64,000 nucleotides of DNA from Candidatus Omnitrophota bacterium. GTDB taxonomy: Bacteria; Omnitrophota; Gorgyraeia; B26-G9. Where the stretch lies: assembly GCA_043826565.1 (NCBI GenBank), contig JBDRPX010000004.1, positions 103,604-167,603 on the forward strand, in the 5' to 3' direction. The position numbers and the translations under genes are program-made. The notes under the pieces are model-generated. The model was not told the origin of the DNA. It did no database searches and saw only the letters and a program-made list of their open reading frames with translations. Each line of letters opens with the position of its first letter. The stretch's first letter is position 1. Positions 62,191-64,000 of this stretch are shown here, piece by piece.

Positions 62191-64000
62191 ATGCAAAGAA
62201 AAACATTATATCTTGTTGATGGAAACTCATACTGCTACCGCGCTTTTTATGCGATAGGGGATTTGCGTACTTCCGATGGCCGGCCTACCGGTGCTGTATT
62301 CGGGTTCGTGAATATGATTAATAAGCTTAAAAATGATGTGCGCCCGGATTATTTGGCGATTTGTTTTGATTTAAAAGGTCCGACGTTTCGGCATGAAAAA
62401 TTTGAGGCTTATAAGGCGCACCGAAAACCGATGCCGGATGATTTGGTTGCGCAGATGGGGATAATTAAGGAAGTTGTTACTGCTTACGGTATTCCGATTT
62501 TTGAATTAGACGGCTATGAGGCTGATGATGTTATTGCCAGCCTGGCGGTGAAGTTTAAAAAGAGTGTTGATGTGTATATTGTTACCGGTGATAAAGATAT
62601 GTTGCAACTGGTGGATGAATATGTTAAAATTTATAATCCGCAGAAAGAAAATACAGTTGTTGATGAAGATAAGGTCCAAGAGCTTTTTAGCGTCAAACCC
62701 AGCCAAATCACTGATTTTTTAGCTTTAGCCGGCGATAGTGCTGACAATATCCCCGGGGTTCCGGGTATCGGGAAAAAAACAGCCATTGAGTTAATCGGAA
62801 AATTTGGGAGTTTGGATGAAATTCTTGAAAATACAGATCAGATCCCTCAGCAAAAAAGACGGGAATTATTGGAAGAATATTCTGAACAGGCTCGTTTAAG
62901 TAAAGATCTCGCTTGTGTGATTACCGATGTTTTTGTGGCGGATACCATAGACGAGTTAAAAACAGAAGATATAGATACGAACAAACTGCGTGAGATATTC
63001 CGTGACCTGGAGTTTAAAAATCTGCTAAAAACATTATTTCATAATAATTCGGTTAATTCTTCTCCGGTTCCCCTAAAGATTATCCAGAGCGCGGTAGAAT
63101 TAAGCCAATTATGTAAAGAGTTTAACTCGGTAAAGGAATACTCTTTTTACGTATCTGTAAATGAAGAAAACAATAAGGCAATTGATTTTATCGACATTAG
63201 CCGCGATCTGAAAAATATTTATCGAATTATTCCCGGGAATTCTTTGGGATTTGAAGTAATAAAAAAAGAATTAGCGCCGGTTTTAAGTAATCCCGATATC
63301 CTGAAAATAAGTTATGATGTAAAATCTGCCGGGGTTGCTTTAGCTGATAAAGGCTTATTTCTTGAGGAACCGTTTTTTGATATTATGGTTGCCGCTTATT
63401 TACTTCAACCGAGTGAGGGTACTTTAAAAATAGAGGATATCGCACAGGCTTATCTTGATAAGAATATCTATACTGATACCCGTGCGGCCGAACAGATGCA
63501 ATTAAAGAAGAAACTTCTTCATGAGCTTAAAGAAAAAGAACTGGAGAAGTTGTTTTCAAAAGTAGAGATGCCTTTGGTTAGAGTTTTATCTTCCATGCAG
63601 CAGGTCGGGATTTGTGTCGACCGGAAGCTGCTGATTTCCACGGGCAAACAGCTGGATAAAAAACTAAATGAGTTAATCCAAAAAATTTATAAAATAAGCG
63701 GCTGTGAGTTTAATATAAATTCTACAAAACAATTAAGAGAAGTGCTCTTTGACCAGCTTAAATTGCCGGTTATAAAAAAAGGTAAAACCGGTCCTTCGAC
63801 TGATGCGGAGGTGCTGATGAGATTATCGGCGCAGCATGCGCTGCCGCAGAGTATTTTAGAATATCGGGAACTGGCTAAATTGAAATCTACATATGTTGAT
63901 GGAATGCTTGGCTTGATAGACCAGCAGACAAACAGACTTCATACATCTTTTAATCAGGCGGTTACCGCGACCGGACGTTTAAGTTCCAGCGCGCCGAATT
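62191..64000 (+). CDS. polA: DNA polymerase I, 3'-truncated by the window edge
   Basis: 5'-3' exonuclease N-terminus (LYLVDGNSYCYRAFYA, GYEADDVIASLA), then 3'-5' exonuclease-like and polymerase regions. The ORF is open to the end of the window. Confidence 0.85.
   Translation, partial: MQRKTLYLVDGNSYCYRAFYAIGDLRTSDGRPTGAVFGFVNMINKLKNDVRPDYLAICFDLKGPTFRHEKFEAYKAHRKPMPDDLVAQMGIIKEVVTAYGIPIFELDGYEADDVIASLAVKFKKSVDVYIVTGDKDMLQLVDEYVKIYNPQKENTVVDEDKVQELFSVKPSQITDFLALAGDSADNIPGVPGIGKKTAIELIGKFGSLDEILENTDQIPQQKRRELLEEYSEQARLSKDLACVITDVFVADTIDELKTEDIDTNKLREIFRDLEFKNLLKTLFHNNSVNSSPVPLKIIQSAVELSQLCKEFNSVKEYSFYVSVNEENNKAIDFIDISRDLKNIYRIIPGNSLGFEVIKKELAPVLSNPDILKISYDVKSAGVALADKGLFLEEPFFDIMVAAYLLQPSEGTLKIEDIAQAYLDKNIYTDTRAAEQMQLKKKLLHELKEKELEKLFSKVEMPLVRVLSSMQQVGICVDRKLLISTGKQLDKKLNELIQKIYKISGCEFNINSTKQLREVLFDQLKLPVIKKGKTGPSTDAEVLMRLSAQHALPQSILEYRELAKLKSTYVDGMLGLIDQQTNRLHTSFNQAVTATGRLSSSAPN

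Overview
The window is AT-rich bacterial DNA with every supported gene on the + strand. It probably comes from an uncultivated lineage; the giant-gene and pilus content is reminiscent of Omnitrophota-like genomes, but I cannot establish taxonomy from sequence alone.

Layout of the window:
- 1-4200: a cell-envelope glycan neighbourhood. It holds a WbqC-like protein, an ExeA/GspA-like AAA ATPase, a PIG-L deacetylase and a WecA/MraY-family transferase.
- 4275-33013: the most notable locus. A sigma70-like promoter, a candidate GEMM/c-di-GMP-I riboswitch and an intrinsic terminator precede three genes. These are a membrane-anchored HUH (RayT/IS200-like) domain protein, a small secreted protein, and a single 26.8-kb ORF encoding an 8,939-aa protein. 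That protein has an N-terminal signal peptide, about 80 tandem ~95-aa beta-sandwich-like modules arranged in ~2-kb super-repeats, a coiled-coil C-terminal domain and a C-terminal membrane anchor.
- 33199-38641: an atypical F-type ATPase operon in the order epsilon, c, b(delta-like), alpha, gamma, beta. No a-subunit gene is present in the window.
- 38750-47900: a T2SS-like cluster of gspE (fused to a C-terminal PilZ domain), gspF, an embedded peptidase-MA-like secreted protein, and gspG/H/J/K/L/M-like genes.
- 48104-62105: pgk, then a pilin gene, then tpiA, followed by a T4aP cluster (pilB, pilT, a second pilB, pilC, a pilM-N fusion, pilO, pilP and the pilQ secretin).
- 62191-64000: the 5' part of polA.

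Almost every intergenic spacer contains degenerate tandem heptamer (7-nt) arrays. These are often arranged as inverted arrays immediately upstream of start codons. They include a conserved ~80-bp element in three copies and an ACGCT-type element in two copies.

The many minus-strand ORFs in the supplied track lie antisense to + strand genes and are judged spurious.
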